From an uncultured Candidatus Obscuribacterales bacterium (GTDB lineage: Bacteria; Cyanobacteriota; Vampirovibrionia; Obscuribacterales; Obscuribacteraceae), in the NCBI GenBank assembly GCA_964541355.1, contig CAZISK010000001.1, positions 4,335-68,334 on the forward strand: a stretch of 64,000 nucleotides of DNA, written 5' to 3'. The position numbers and the translations under genes were made by a program. The notes beneath the pieces were generated by a model. That model made no database searches and was not told the origin of the DNA. It was given only the letters and a program-made list of their open reading frames with translations. Below, one piece after another: positions 1 to 8,708 of this stretch (position 1 is the first letter of the stretch; each line of letters opens with the position of its first letter).

Positions 1-294
1 AAAGATGACTGCGCGCCCTTCTTGCATCGCGCGTCTAGTTAACTCAGCGGCCTCAGGATTAGCATCTGGTACTTCCAAAATGTCACAACCATTGACCTTC
101 AGCTCGTTCAAAAACGCTGACTCGTGAAGCGAACCATGCTTTCTCAAAAGGATCGCTGCTTCGTCAGCTTCGTCAGGTTGAAGCTCCTCTGGATAGTCGC
201 AATAGTGCCTGTCCATCCACGAGTCGAATCTAGACTCCATAAAAACTATGAGGTCCGAAGGCGAGTAAATGTAACTTTTGCCAGCCTTTCTCAT
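1..294 (-). CDS. RecB-like PD-(D/E)xK nuclease, N-terminal part (runs off the left edge)
   Basis: Absent from the ORF track because the window edge truncates it. My minus-strand translation from the ATG at 292-294 reads MRKAGKSYIYSPSDLIVFMESRFDSWMDRHYCDYPEEL...LRKHGSLHESAFLNELKVNGCDILEVPDANPEAAELTRRAMQEGRAVIF and is open to position 1. The pattern (SxSDL, G..hE..fL..L, T..AM..G..vI) resembles N-termini of TM0106/Cas4-type RecB-family nucleases. Confidence 0.4.
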   Translation of the reverse strand, partial: MRKAGKSYIYSPSDLIVFMESRFDSWMDRHYCDYPEELQPDEADEAAILLRKHGSLHESAFLNELKVNGCDILEVPDANPEAAELTRRAMQEGRAVIF

Positions 295-427
295 AAGGAT
301 GCTCGATCTACTCTCCGAAAATAGCAGAGATGACTGCGAAATATCCGCAGTCCACGGTGGTTAACATTAAGTCGATCTGGTTTGCGAGGCTCTTTATCGT
401 CGATACCGCAAACTTATAATTGTCGCC

Positions 428-1177
428 TTAAAGTTCCCGAGTAAGTCGATCCGCTTCATCGCGATCTCGCTTGGACAGTTCCTTCATGCCTAAGTCTTGA
501 TAAGCCAACGCACGATCGTACAAACATTGAATCACTGCCGCTCTTGCTCCATAAATCCGGGCAGCGGTATCGGATGATTTCAATTCGGCTCTGAGACTCT
601 CCAGAATTTTAGAGAAGGCCACGACCGCTTCCTTCGAACGTCCCAAATTCATCAGAACTTTAGCTCGATCGCTCTGCGCGCTGCCATTGTTAGGGCGTAA
701 CACCAGGGCTTTATCCAGCCATGTCAACGACTCTTTAAGCCGTCGAATCATATAAAGAGCCTTTGCCTTGTGGGTGTACGCCATCGATAAAAGGCGCTTC
801 TGATCATCAATAGCAGGCTTATCTTTGACCGTAAGCGTGGCCAGTAAACTTTCCCGGATCGCGATATTTTGGTCAAAACAAACCAATGCTTCAGAATACT
901 TTTTCAACTGACTTTGTGTTTCAGCCATGACCTCCAAACGAAGCAGTTTTTCATTAGTGGTACATCGATTCTCCGGCACGGCACGAGCGATTTCGAGAGC
1001 CTTCTCGTTGCTCCCTTCCCCCATCATCCGAAATGCTGTGTTTAGTGTTTGCTCAATGTTGTCATCTGCATTCGCACTTTGTGGTGACACCACAAGAGCG
1101 ACCGCCACCACAAATCCAAAGTTTCGCATTGACTTGCGTTTCAAAGAGTTGTCCTTTTCGCAAATTTGTAAGGGCAA
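428..1177 (-). CDS. secreted TPR-repeat protein
   Basis: 249-aa ORF. Signal-peptide-like MRNFGFVVAVALVVSPQSANA suggests the start is the ATG at 1127-1129. Repeated A/L/Y-rich helical pairs (ALEIARA, AYTHKAKALYMIRRLKESLTWLDKAL, RALAYQDLG) are typical of TPR. Confidence 0.65.
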   Translation of the reverse strand: MPLQICEKDNSLKRKSMRNFGFVVAVALVVSPQSANADDNIEQTLNTAFRMMGEGSNEKALEIARAVPENRCTTNEKLLRLEVMAETQSQLKKYSEALVCFDQNIAIRESLLATLTVKDKPAIDDQKRLLSMAYTHKAKALYMIRRLKESLTWLDKALVLRPNNGSAQSDRAKVLMNLGRSKEAVVAFSKILESLRAELKSSDTAARIYGARAAVIQCLYDRALAYQDLGMKELSKRDRDEADRLTREL

Positions 1178-1406
1178 TGGATATGCAAAAGATCATTGTC
1201 GTGCAGCTTGGCAACGAACTATCGCTACCTAGATAGAAATAATCTAGCCAGGTCCGCGCTCAAACATCCTGCCGACTTCGTTTTATTCAGAAAGATAGCC
1301 AGTCCATATGCGACCAATGGCATAGTCAGCCACGGGTTGCAGCGCTACATTTTCAATGTGCGACCAATGACGCCCGCACATTGCTACCTTGTTCGGAGGC
1401 TGAATC

Positions 1407-1601
1407 ATGCAATCTACACGCTTACCGGATCACATGCGAGAATTTGCCGCTGCCAATCCTGACGTAGGAATTCAGGTAAGCATCACGATCGATCCCCTCG
1501 CGATCGATGAATTGCAGAGGGAAGCCAAAGCTTTTCCAATTGTGCGCGTCATGGAACGTATGAAGTTTCATTCAGAGGCAGAGGCACAGAGGATTCTATA
1601 A
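1407..1601 (+). CDS. hypothetical small protein
   Basis: 64-aa ORF with protein-like composition, immediately upstream of the co-oriented ORF at 1633. No recognisable domain. Confidence 0.3.
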   Translation: MQSTRLPDHMREFAAANPDVGIQVSITIDPLAIDELQREAKAFPIVRVMERMKFHSEAEAQRIL

Positions 1602-1632
1602 TCACCGAAAGGTACACGCTTAGGGGGATGCA

Positions 1633-1944
1633 ATGCGGGCAGACGATTTCGGTATGTTCGATTCGGTCAAGCTGAAAACAAACCTTTACTGCGACGATAT
1701 CTATGGCGTTGAAATTCAATTGCGAAAAGGCAAGAATGGCTGTGTTCTTGAAATGGGAAAGGAACCAAACACCGTCATAGTCGAATTCAAGATTGGTCCT
1801 GGAATGAAGGGTAACACCGACTATACCGCCGTTGAAATTGATGCTGATAGCCTTGAAATGGTATCCAAGATTGGACGCCGGTTTTCCGAACCGAACCCAT
1901 ATTTAGAGACAGCCATGGCCATCAAGGCTGGAAAACTCAAGTAG
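1633..1944 (+). CDS. hypothetical protein
   Basis: 103-aa ORF preceded by the GGGGG Shine-Dalgarno-like motif (ttagggggatgcaATG). No recognised domain. Confidence 0.5.
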   Translation: MRADDFGMFDSVKLKTNLYCDDIYGVEIQLRKGKNGCVLEMGKEPNTVIVEFKIGPGMKGNTDYTAVEIDADSLEMVSKIGRRFSEPNPYLETAMAIKAGKLK

Positions 1945-2507
1945 GAGAGCAGCGAAGTCATCGACTCAAATCGATGCGACGTCAATCACGTGACAGAGCG
2001 CAAAGGCTCACCGCAAGAGTGGAAATGTCTAACGCTAGTTTGAAACGCCTTGAATCAAGACGGAACGCTTAGGTAGGCCAATCTTCCCATCGAAACATTC
2101 GTTTCAATTGACGAAAGTTGTGCCATTCAAGTTGCATGACCGGCAGTGCTTGTTGGATTGCCTGTGCTTTTGGAGCACTTGTAACACCATCTGCCACCGC
2201 ATTTGGTGCGCACTTGCTCGTCAATAGTAAGTGAGCGAAGCATCAAGTCGATGGTACTCAACAGGCGTAACTGGCTCTTCGCTCCTGCCTTTCCGGGGAC
2301 AAACTTTATCCCTCTTTGAACAGCTTCTTGTACCACTATCAGCGGTGCAGTGGCCAGTCCAATCGCTCAATTTTCCTGAAGGCGATAAATTGGCGTTTTT
2401 TCCGACCACCTTACTCAAAAGTTCTGTGCTCTCATCCCACAGAATGATTAACCACTCGCCCTTTTTGACTAGACTGAATCTAGCAGCTCAATCAATTCGG
2501 AGGGAAT

Positions 2508-3284
2508 GTGATGAAGAGAAGCCTCATACAGTTACTACTAGTCTCTTGGCTTCTCACGTTGGCAAGCCCCGCTCTGGCAGATCAAACCATTTCCGGCACC
2601 CAAAGTCGGGGCAAGGGATCCGATGGCAAACTTACTTGCGCGGGTGTTGCTATCTTCAATGGCGGCACAGTTGTACGAGCTACTGACTCCGGCGCAGGGT
2701 TCTGGCTGCAAAACGATAAAGGTAAAATTCTTCGTTTTAACCGCGAGTCTGATGCGGTAGGCACAGTGCTTGACGGAGGAACCTGGTGGGCCTACCCAAA
2801 CCTCTACCGCAACAACAGTGAAGCCGGGGTATCTGTTACAGTGGCGACCGGGGCTGGAGAGGGAGCATCAACCAGTTCGACAACTGCAGCACCCGGAGCA
2901 CTGACGGGCTCCGCGCGCGATCTCAAAAATACTCCTGGGAGCCCCGGGTCAAAAATCACAGGAGTGCAATCCAACACAACGAATGCCCGTTCAATCGCCG
3001 GCTCCTGGCTTGAGGGAAAGAACAACGTCAGCATTTCCCAAGCCGGAGATAAGGTAAGCATTACTTGCAAATACAAGCATCCTCAAGCCGGTGCTATAGA
3101 GTGGATTTGCACGGGCACTTTCGTCGATGGCAAGCTTAAAGTACGGCTGGTTCACACGCGCGCACCTGCGGGCTGGCAAAGTCAAATCAGGCAAGCTGGC
3201 TTGAGTTCAGATGGCAGGTCCCTTAGTGGAACTGCACGATTGGATGATGGCACGATCCAGCCGTTCACATGGACAAGGCAGTGA
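2508..3284 (+). CDS. secreted hypothetical protein
   Basis: 258-aa ORF with a clear signal peptide (MMKRSLIQLLLVSWLLTLASPALA), a G/S/T-rich linker and GGAGGG upstream (cggagggaatgtgATG). Confidence 0.65.
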   Translation: MMKRSLIQLLLVSWLLTLASPALADQTISGTQSRGKGSDGKLTCAGVAIFNGGTVVRATDSGAGFWLQNDKGKILRFNRESDAVGTVLDGGTWWAYPNLYRNNSEAGVSVTVATGAGEGASTSSTTAAPGALTGSARDLKNTPGSPGSKITGVQSNTTNARSIAGSWLEGKNNVSISQAGDKVSITCKYKHPQAGAIEWICTGTFVDGKLKVRLVHTRAPAGWQSQIRQAGLSSDGRSLSGTARLDDGTIQPFTWTRQ

Positions 3285-3388
3285 CGTTGATGCGTCAAAG
3301 GATTCGAGAACAGGCTGTTCAACTACTTAGACAGTATCTGAGCGACTACGGCGATGACATTACGGCGAAATCGCAGAGTGCTATCCAT

Positions 3389-3691
3389 TTACACTGCGGC
3401 TCTCTTCTTGAGAAGTGGTGCATACCAATACATCGCTTTATTAACTATCTCAACATTGTCTACACCAATGGACATCTTCTCGCGATTCAGTTCCCGAACC
3501 TGTTTCTCCAGGGTTTCAATCTTTTCCAAATTCGGACATTCGCAGTCTCTCTCTTCGGCTAACTCTCTTGCACAAAATGCCAAATACTCAGCAAAAACTT
3601 CAGCTGCAACCTCGCAATCAATCTGCAGTTCTTCTATCGTTTTCTTTACTAGTGGTTTCGTTGCCATCAGAGCCTTATTTTCCAGCCACAT
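3389..3691 (-). CDS. hypothetical helical protein
   Basis: 100-aa ORF with charged, helix-like composition. It looks more protein-like than the overlapping plus-strand ORFs (3269..3562, 3354..3842). Confidence 0.4.
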   Translation of the reverse strand: MWLENKALMATKPLVKKTIEELQIDCEVAAEVFAEYLAFCARELAEERDCECPNLEKIETLEKQVRELNREKMSIGVDNVEIVNKAMYWYAPLLKKRAAV

Positions 3692-4049
3692 ACGCTCATT
3701 TAAACTTATAGCATTTACTTGCGGCTTTCAAGAGCCCAGATCCTCAGAAGATCCGACCGGTTTGGATTTTCGGCAATTAATTCGACGGGTTTACAAACAT
3801 GGTTCCGCCCTCCACTGCTTTTCGGTGGAATTCTCACAGTGAGAGTTTTGAACTCCATGCTGAGCTAAACAGTTGCGCCACTCATTCAATCCAGCTTCTA
3901 AAAGAGCACGTGCGGTTTTCCCGAGAGCGAATGCTACCACGAGCGGTGGCGCAATGCCGTTGCTCAAGAGTTCCAGATGCTAGGCGTCCCAAAGGCGTCC
4001 CAGCTTCAGTTTCGATTAGAAGGGAAAATCGTCTGCCGTCGGAAACGCT

Positions 4050-4084
4050 TGATGGGCGAGGTGGGACTTGAACCCACACGTATT
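4050..4084 (-). repeat. att-type direct repeat: last ~35 nt (T-arm plus acceptor 3' strand) of a tRNA-Leu. Left copy.
   Basis: tgatgggcgaggtgggacttgaacccacacgtatt is identical to 22447..22481. Its reverse complement contains GTGGG-TTCAAGT-CCCAC-CTCGCCC-A, that is a T-stem/loop plus the 3' acceptor strand. Confidence 0.85.
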
Positions 4085-5007
4085 ACTGTCGGCAGAGCCC
4101 TGGCTGATTACCTGGACACGCGCGATTTGAAGCCTGGCACCAAGTACAACTACAGGTGCGTCGTCGAGGCGTACCTTTCTGATTGGATGACCGTGAGTTT
4201 GACGGACATTGATAGAGACCTCGTTCTCAATCGATATCAAAAGATCATTGAGGAAAACGGAGTCGGCGCAGCGAACAATACTATGCGCGTTTTGCGGGCG
4301 CTGTTTGCTTATGCTGAACATCACTATGAGGTCGATAAAAAGCCAGTCGTGACGGAAAACCCTGTCACTTATCTCTCGAAATTGCGAGCATGGCAGAAGT
4401 TGCCGCGCCGGCAAACGGTTCTAACTGTGCACCAACTAAAACCTTGGTACGAGGGCGTGATGTCGCTTGAGGACTCGACTCATCAAGACTTCTTCATTTC
4501 CTGCTCTTCACTGGGTTGCGCAAAGGCGAGGCGATGTCGTTGAAATGGCCGGATGTTAATCTGGATGGTGCCACCATTCTGATTCGTGACACTAAAAATC
4601 GTCGACCGCACATGTTGCCTCTTTCTGATTTCCTTTTGGACATGTTGAAGCGAAGAAGCGGTTCGCGCATTTGCGACTACGTCTTTCCTGGCAAGCTTAA
4701 AGGGCGCATGGCGGAACCTACGACCTTGGTGGAGGAAATTCGCGAAGCAACTAGTATCACATTCATTCCGCACGATCTGAGACGCACATTTGCGACCGTG
4801 GCTGAGAGCCTGGATCTTTCTTGGAAAACGGTGAAGTCGCTTTTGAATCACAAAATGGATGACGACGTTACTGCAGGCTACGTTATATCTGAGGCACAGC
4901 GATTGCGTTCTGCCATGCAGCGGATTACTTACACCCTGTGTGAAATCATTGAGAGCGGACAAGGTTCGGCTCCTACTTCGACTCAAAAGATGAATGTCGA
5001 ATTCTAA
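4085..5007 (+). pseudogene. tyrosine integrase, 5'-truncated and frameshifted
   Basis: ORFs 3977..4543 and 4516..5007 together align to residues ~118-420 of the intact integrase at 22809..24071 (LSDW, MRVLRALF, NP..YLS, LLFTGLRKGEA, HDLRRTFAT, LNH...DVTAGY). The arm-binding N-terminus is missing, and the coding sequence begins directly at the tRNA repeat. The frame switches near 4499 (atttcctgctc). Confidence 0.8.
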
Positions 5008-5042
5008 TCACGTCTTTGGCCGCTGCTCTTAACGCACCGAGC

Positions 5043-5927
5043 TTAGTATTCGATTTCCTTCTCTTCGAAACTGAGCCAGACGAGATATCCAAATCTGCCC
5101 AAGCGGATTGCTTGCTCCTCTAGTTCATAGTCGCCAGCACAATTGGAATCTGGAAACCACGTTTTGCAGTCTCGCTGCTTGCGCTTCCAGGATTCGCAAT
5201 TGGGTTTGTTGGCAAGATCATCGGCAAGAGTGCGTTGCGGTATTCGCTCGCCTGCCGCGATAAAAAAGCCGGTATCTTTGTGGAAACGAGATCTCGCCGG
5301 TGTCTGCCGCAATCGACCTTCGCTATTGAAGTAAAGGCACATTGCTGGGATAGGCGCTTCTTTGGCTACGCGCATCGCGCAGGCCAGCGTGGATATCTCA
5401 TATAGGGCGGTAAGCTCTTCGATGCCTGTGAAAAATTGATCGTAGTTGAAAGATTTCAGTTGTTGCTCTAGATGCCACTGCGGCATTAGAAGTTCGGAAG
5501 CGAATTCGTTTGCTTGAGATTCGCGCTCATAGCCGTATTGTCTGCCGTGAACATTGTGCTGAGGGTTAAGAGCATCTTGGAGAGACTTGTTTTTGTGAGT
5601 CTCAAAATGCGCATGTCCCGTCTCGTGCGCGATGGTGAACCGCTGGCGGAGGTACATAACGCGGTCTTTGGAAAAATCTCCCTTCGCTTCAACGCCGTCT
5701 GTGTTCACGTAAATCGAGACCTGTTTGTCCTCGTCGATTTCAAAACGGCCGTCGCGACGTTTGTCCACTAGATCGCAAAAGTCCTCGAAGATGAGCTGCC
5801 AATCGTGTTTCTTTGCCAGTTTCGCAAGATCTACGGGAACTTGATCCATGCCTGCGTCTGCCAAGATTTGCAATGCGCCTTTGCGCGGATTCTCCGATAA
5901 GTTGAGGAAGTACGGATTGAGCGGCAT
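5043..5927 (-). CDS. ImmA/IrrE-family (COG2856) zinc metallopeptidase-domain protein
   Basis: 294 aa with an HExxH motif (FTIAHETGHAHF) followed by E..ANEFA.ELLMP, as in ImmA/IrrE peptidases. Its start overlaps the stop of the upstream XRE gene by 1 nt. Confidence 0.8.
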   Translation of the reverse strand: MPLNPYFLNLSENPRKGALQILADAGMDQVPVDLAKLAKKHDWQLIFEDFCDLVDKRRDGRFEIDEDKQVSIYVNTDGVEAKGDFSKDRVMYLRQRFTIAHETGHAHFETHKNKSLQDALNPQHNVHGRQYGYERESQANEFASELLMPQWHLEQQLKSFNYDQFFTGIEELTALYEISTLACAMRVAKEAPIPAMCLYFNSEGRLRQTPARSRFHKDTGFFIAAGERIPQRTLADDLANKPNCESWKRKQRDCKTWFPDSNCAGDYELEEQAIRLGRFGYLVWLSFEEKEIEY

Positions 5928-6298
5928 TATTTCTCATCCTTCTTTTCGGGTGGCAGTTGCTCTACAAAGCGGTTCAAGGTAAGGATGTTTTCCCTCGATA
6001 GTCCGCGTGCTTTCTGCATCATTCGCTCGAGGATCACTTCTTTGCCAGGATCTTCTGATTCTGAGCCGCTGCCGGACAAGACTTTCTCCATCGACACACC
6101 CAGCACTCTGCAGATGCTCTGGAGTGCTGTTGTTGAAGGTAGTCGATCGCCATTTTCAAACTGAGCTATAGCCGACTGCGACAAGTCCGCTTGCTCTGCC
6201 AGATCGCGCTGGTTGAGTTCCAATGCCGTCCTGATCTGCTTCAGCCGTTTGCCCACTTCCTTCCGATACCTTTCGGCATCCTCGGATTTCTTTTTCAT
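5927..6298 (-). CDS. XRE-family helix-turn-helix transcriptional regulator
   Basis: 123 aa. LKQIRTALELNQRDLAEQADLSQSAIAQFENGDRLPSTTALQSICRVLGVSMEKV is a canonical Cro/C1 HTH. Confidence 0.85.
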   Translation of the reverse strand: MKKKSEDAERYRKEVGKRLKQIRTALELNQRDLAEQADLSQSAIAQFENGDRLPSTTALQSICRVLGVSMEKVLSGSGSESEDPGKEVILERMMQKARGLSRENILTLNRFVEQLPPEKKDEK

Positions 6299-6429
6299 AG
6301 GCCCCTCCCGTTTAATCTAGAATATCACAGTTTCGACTCATCGATCTATGCCATATGCGGTGCGGACCGTTGCTGGGCTCGGTATCGCAATCCTCTACAT
6401 AGGCAATGCGCTGGGATTTACCCGGTGCG

Positions 6430-6457
6430 TTGTAAAATCACAAATGTGATGTAGAAT
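6430..6457 (+). promoter_or_regulatory. sigma70-like promoter with a palindromic operator in the spacer
   Basis: TTGTAA (6430-6435), a 16-nt spacer, then TAGAAT (6452-6457). The spacer holds the perfect inverted repeat ATCACA-AA-TGTGAT (6437-6450). It lies in the divergent region between the XRE gene and ORF 6525. Confidence 0.4.
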
Positions 6458-6524
6458 ATAAGCAGATGGGGCGACCGCCTCCTATCTCAGAGGTAAACTG
6501 GCGGTCAAGGATGGATAAAGACGA

Positions 6525-6716
6525 ATGGAACCATCAACTGAACTAAAGGAGGCGCTGGCGGCTCTGATGAAGTTGGGAGGCGAGGACATGATGGCCATCG
6601 TGTCCTGGCTGCGCCAGTCCGGCAGAGCGGAACTTCGCGCACGTGGCGCAACCGACGAGCAGATTGGACCGATGCGGCTTGACATAGACAGGTTCGGAGA
6701 TGCGCCGCTTGGCTAA
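6525..6716 (+). CDS. hypothetical small protein
   Basis: 63-aa ORF downstream of the predicted promoter/operator. No recognised domain. Confidence 0.35.
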   Translation: MEPSTELKEALAALMKLGGEDMMAIVSWLRQSGRAELRARGATDEQIGPMRLDIDRFGDAPLG

Positions 6717-6787
6717 GGGTCAAGGAATCTCGCCCCGGCCGGTAGTCCTTTGCGCCGGCCGGGTGTCGACCTTGAATATACTAGGGC

Positions 6788-7516
6788 TTGATACGAGAGG
6801 GAAAAATGCAGATAGTCATTAACCACTTGACAAGGATGGGGGTCGGCCGCATTTGCGTAGCCGGCGTCGATCCATCGACAGAAAAGCACGTGAGGCCGAT
6901 CTTGCCGGACGGATTGAGCAGCAATTTGCTTGAACGCAATAAAGGACCTTTTGACATTGGAAATATTGTGGACCTCGGAAAAACGACAGCATGTCCAACC
7001 AAGCCAAAGGTAGAAGACCATGAATTTGTCGAAAAGCAGGCTTCAAAAGTAAGAGTGGCAAAGTCAGATGGATTCTGGAAACTGCTAACGGCTTTGAGCG
7101 ATGATGATTGGACTGAGATCTTTGGTAATAAGCTGGTGCTCAGTCGAAATGAGGACAAAGCATATTTGCCAGCCGGCACTGGCAAAGCATCGCTGGGATG
7201 CTTGATTCCAATTGGCAAACCGGAGATCTACGTCAACTACTTCGACAAATTGAGGATTCGGGTAAACGCCAACTTTGGTGGACAAGCAAGGCAATTCGAC
7301 CTGTCGCTAACCGATATCCGATTTTATGAGGATAACCATACAACTCCTGATGGGTCAGTCGTTGCTGCAATCAACAAACAACTCAAATCAGAGGAGGTAG
7401 TTCTTGGCGTTGGGGTTGGTTACAAGATGAACGCAACCGAGTATTACCCGGAAGGTCATTGGTTGCAGGTAAACGCGGTGCACCTGTCAGGAAAACCGGT
7501 GTGGCAATTAGGCTAA
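6788..7516 (+). CDS. hypothetical protein (no family recognised)
   Basis: 242-aa ORF. The likely true start is ATG 6806 (gagagggaaaaATG), giving MQIVINHLTRMGVGRICVAGVDP.... It converges on the DUF488 pair. Confidence 0.6.
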   Translation: MIREGKMQIVINHLTRMGVGRICVAGVDPSTEKHVRPILPDGLSSNLLERNKGPFDIGNIVDLGKTTACPTKPKVEDHEFVEKQASKVRVAKSDGFWKLLTALSDDDWTEIFGNKLVLSRNEDKAYLPAGTGKASLGCLIPIGKPEIYVNYFDKLRIRVNANFGGQARQFDLSLTDIRFYEDNHTTPDGSVVAAINKQLKSEEVVLGVGVGYKMNATEYYPEGHWLQVNAVHLSGKPVWQLG

Positions 7517-7950
7517 AGGTGTTTGATGGTAATGTCGCCCCATCGTTCCTTCAAGTACTCCAAAACAAGTCTTCTATGGCAATGATCAGCCGTTGCTTCA
7601 CTGCACAGCAGAACACAAGGGACATCGAAAAGGTGACGATCCAATTTCATTTCGACTTGTCTTTGGCGCAGAAGTTCGATGAATTTTTCTTCGTAAGTAT
7701 TCCAGCTGCCTTTTTCCTTCTTGTACTCATCCAGCATCCGTTGGTCTGGGGCCAGCGATGGCTCATGGATGTACTCGGCATTGCAAATCACTTTCAAGAA
7801 ATACGCGAGATCATCTTTTTTCGCGAACGCCGCCAATTGAGATACGTTGTTCAAGCGGACATCGAGCAACCTCTTGATGCCATTCCGTTTTAAAGACTCG
7901 AAGAACTGAGCAGCGGTTTTCTTTGTGAAACCGATTGTATAGATCTCCAT
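7513..7950 (-). CDS. DUF488-family protein
   Basis: 145 aa. N-terminal IYTIGFT, then DVR, and a C-terminal LLCSEATADHCHRRLVLEYL signature typical of DUF488 (YeaO-like). Confidence 0.75.
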   Translation of the reverse strand: MEIYTIGFTKKTAAQFFESLKRNGIKRLLDVRLNNVSQLAAFAKKDDLAYFLKVICNAEYIHEPSLAPDQRMLDEYKKEKGSWNTYEEKFIELLRQRQVEMKLDRHLFDVPCVLLCSEATADHCHRRLVLEYLKERWGDITIKHL

Positions 7951-8486
7951 GGCTGCTCCTCGTTCTTTCCACCAAAGATAGCTAGCTGTGCCGTTTTCGT
8001 TGCTGCTTCAAGTTCGGATTCGGTTTGAACTAAGCCACTTCCTCTAATGTGGAACAAGTCAACACCAAGCCCCCTCAAAACACGCCCAATCAATAGACGG
8101 CGATGACAATGGAGCGGATCTTCTTCGCTACACAACAGTGCCACCGTATATGATGCTATTCCTGTTCGGACTCTTTGGATGGCGTGCCGAAACAATTCAG
8201 ACTCAGCGATTTTCCAGTATAAAACATAACCCTCATCGTCATAGAAGATCGGGTCCTTGGGTTTTCCGCCCAGTTCAAGTCCAAGAAATAGATACTTTCT
8301 TCCAGCTTCCTTGACAGATAGTTTCAAGTTTTGCTGGTTGAATTGTGGTGCAAATTTCGAAAACGGAGATGAACGAGTATCAACGAGCACATCGATTTCG
8401 TGCTTTTCAAGCAATGACAAAAAATCATCGATGGGATGGTTGGAATGTCCAATCGTAAAAATTCTGTCTCCGGAAGGCGACTCCAT
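7890..8486 (-). CDS. DUF488-family protein (paralogue)
   Basis: 198 aa with IFTIGHSNH, VLVDTRS and ALLCSEEDPLHCHRRLLIG. It overlaps the downstream paralogue by 61 nt. Confidence 0.75.
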   Translation of the reverse strand: MESPSGDRIFTIGHSNHPIDDFLSLLEKHEIDVLVDTRSSPFSKFAPQFNQQNLKLSVKEAGRKYLFLGLELGGKPKDPIFYDDEGYVLYWKIAESELFRHAIQRVRTGIASYTVALLCSEEDPLHCHRRLLIGRVLRGLGVDLFHIRGSGLVQTESELEAATKTAQLAIFGGKNEEQPWRSIQSVSQRKPLLSSSSL

Positions 8487-8708
8487 GCGCTGAACCTCTT
8501 ATCCATCTCTCACCCTTTGCTATTATTCAGGATTCTGAATCCATACATCCGTATGGTAGCAGCGTTTAGCGAAGGATGCAATATGTTTGGGTGTGGCGGC
8601 GCATATAAGAATGCTACTCGCGCTGGGCGTGCGGTATATAGAATGCTCGAAAATTAATTCTCAGCAATTAGGGTCGGAAAATTTGTTTCGGCAGCCAGTG
8701 AAACCTGC

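Noticed and set aside
2127-2686. ORFs 2127..2336(-), 2221..2418(-) and 2231..2686(+).
   Set aside because: They overlap one another, have no motifs, and 2231..2686 runs into the well-supported secreted-protein gene at 2508. I treat them as non-coding.
3977-4084. N-terminal extension of ORF 3977..4543 (MLGVPKASQ...MGEVGLEPTRI).
   Set aside because: This part is a read-through of non-coding DNA and of the tRNA-derived repeat. Similarity to integrases begins only after 4084.
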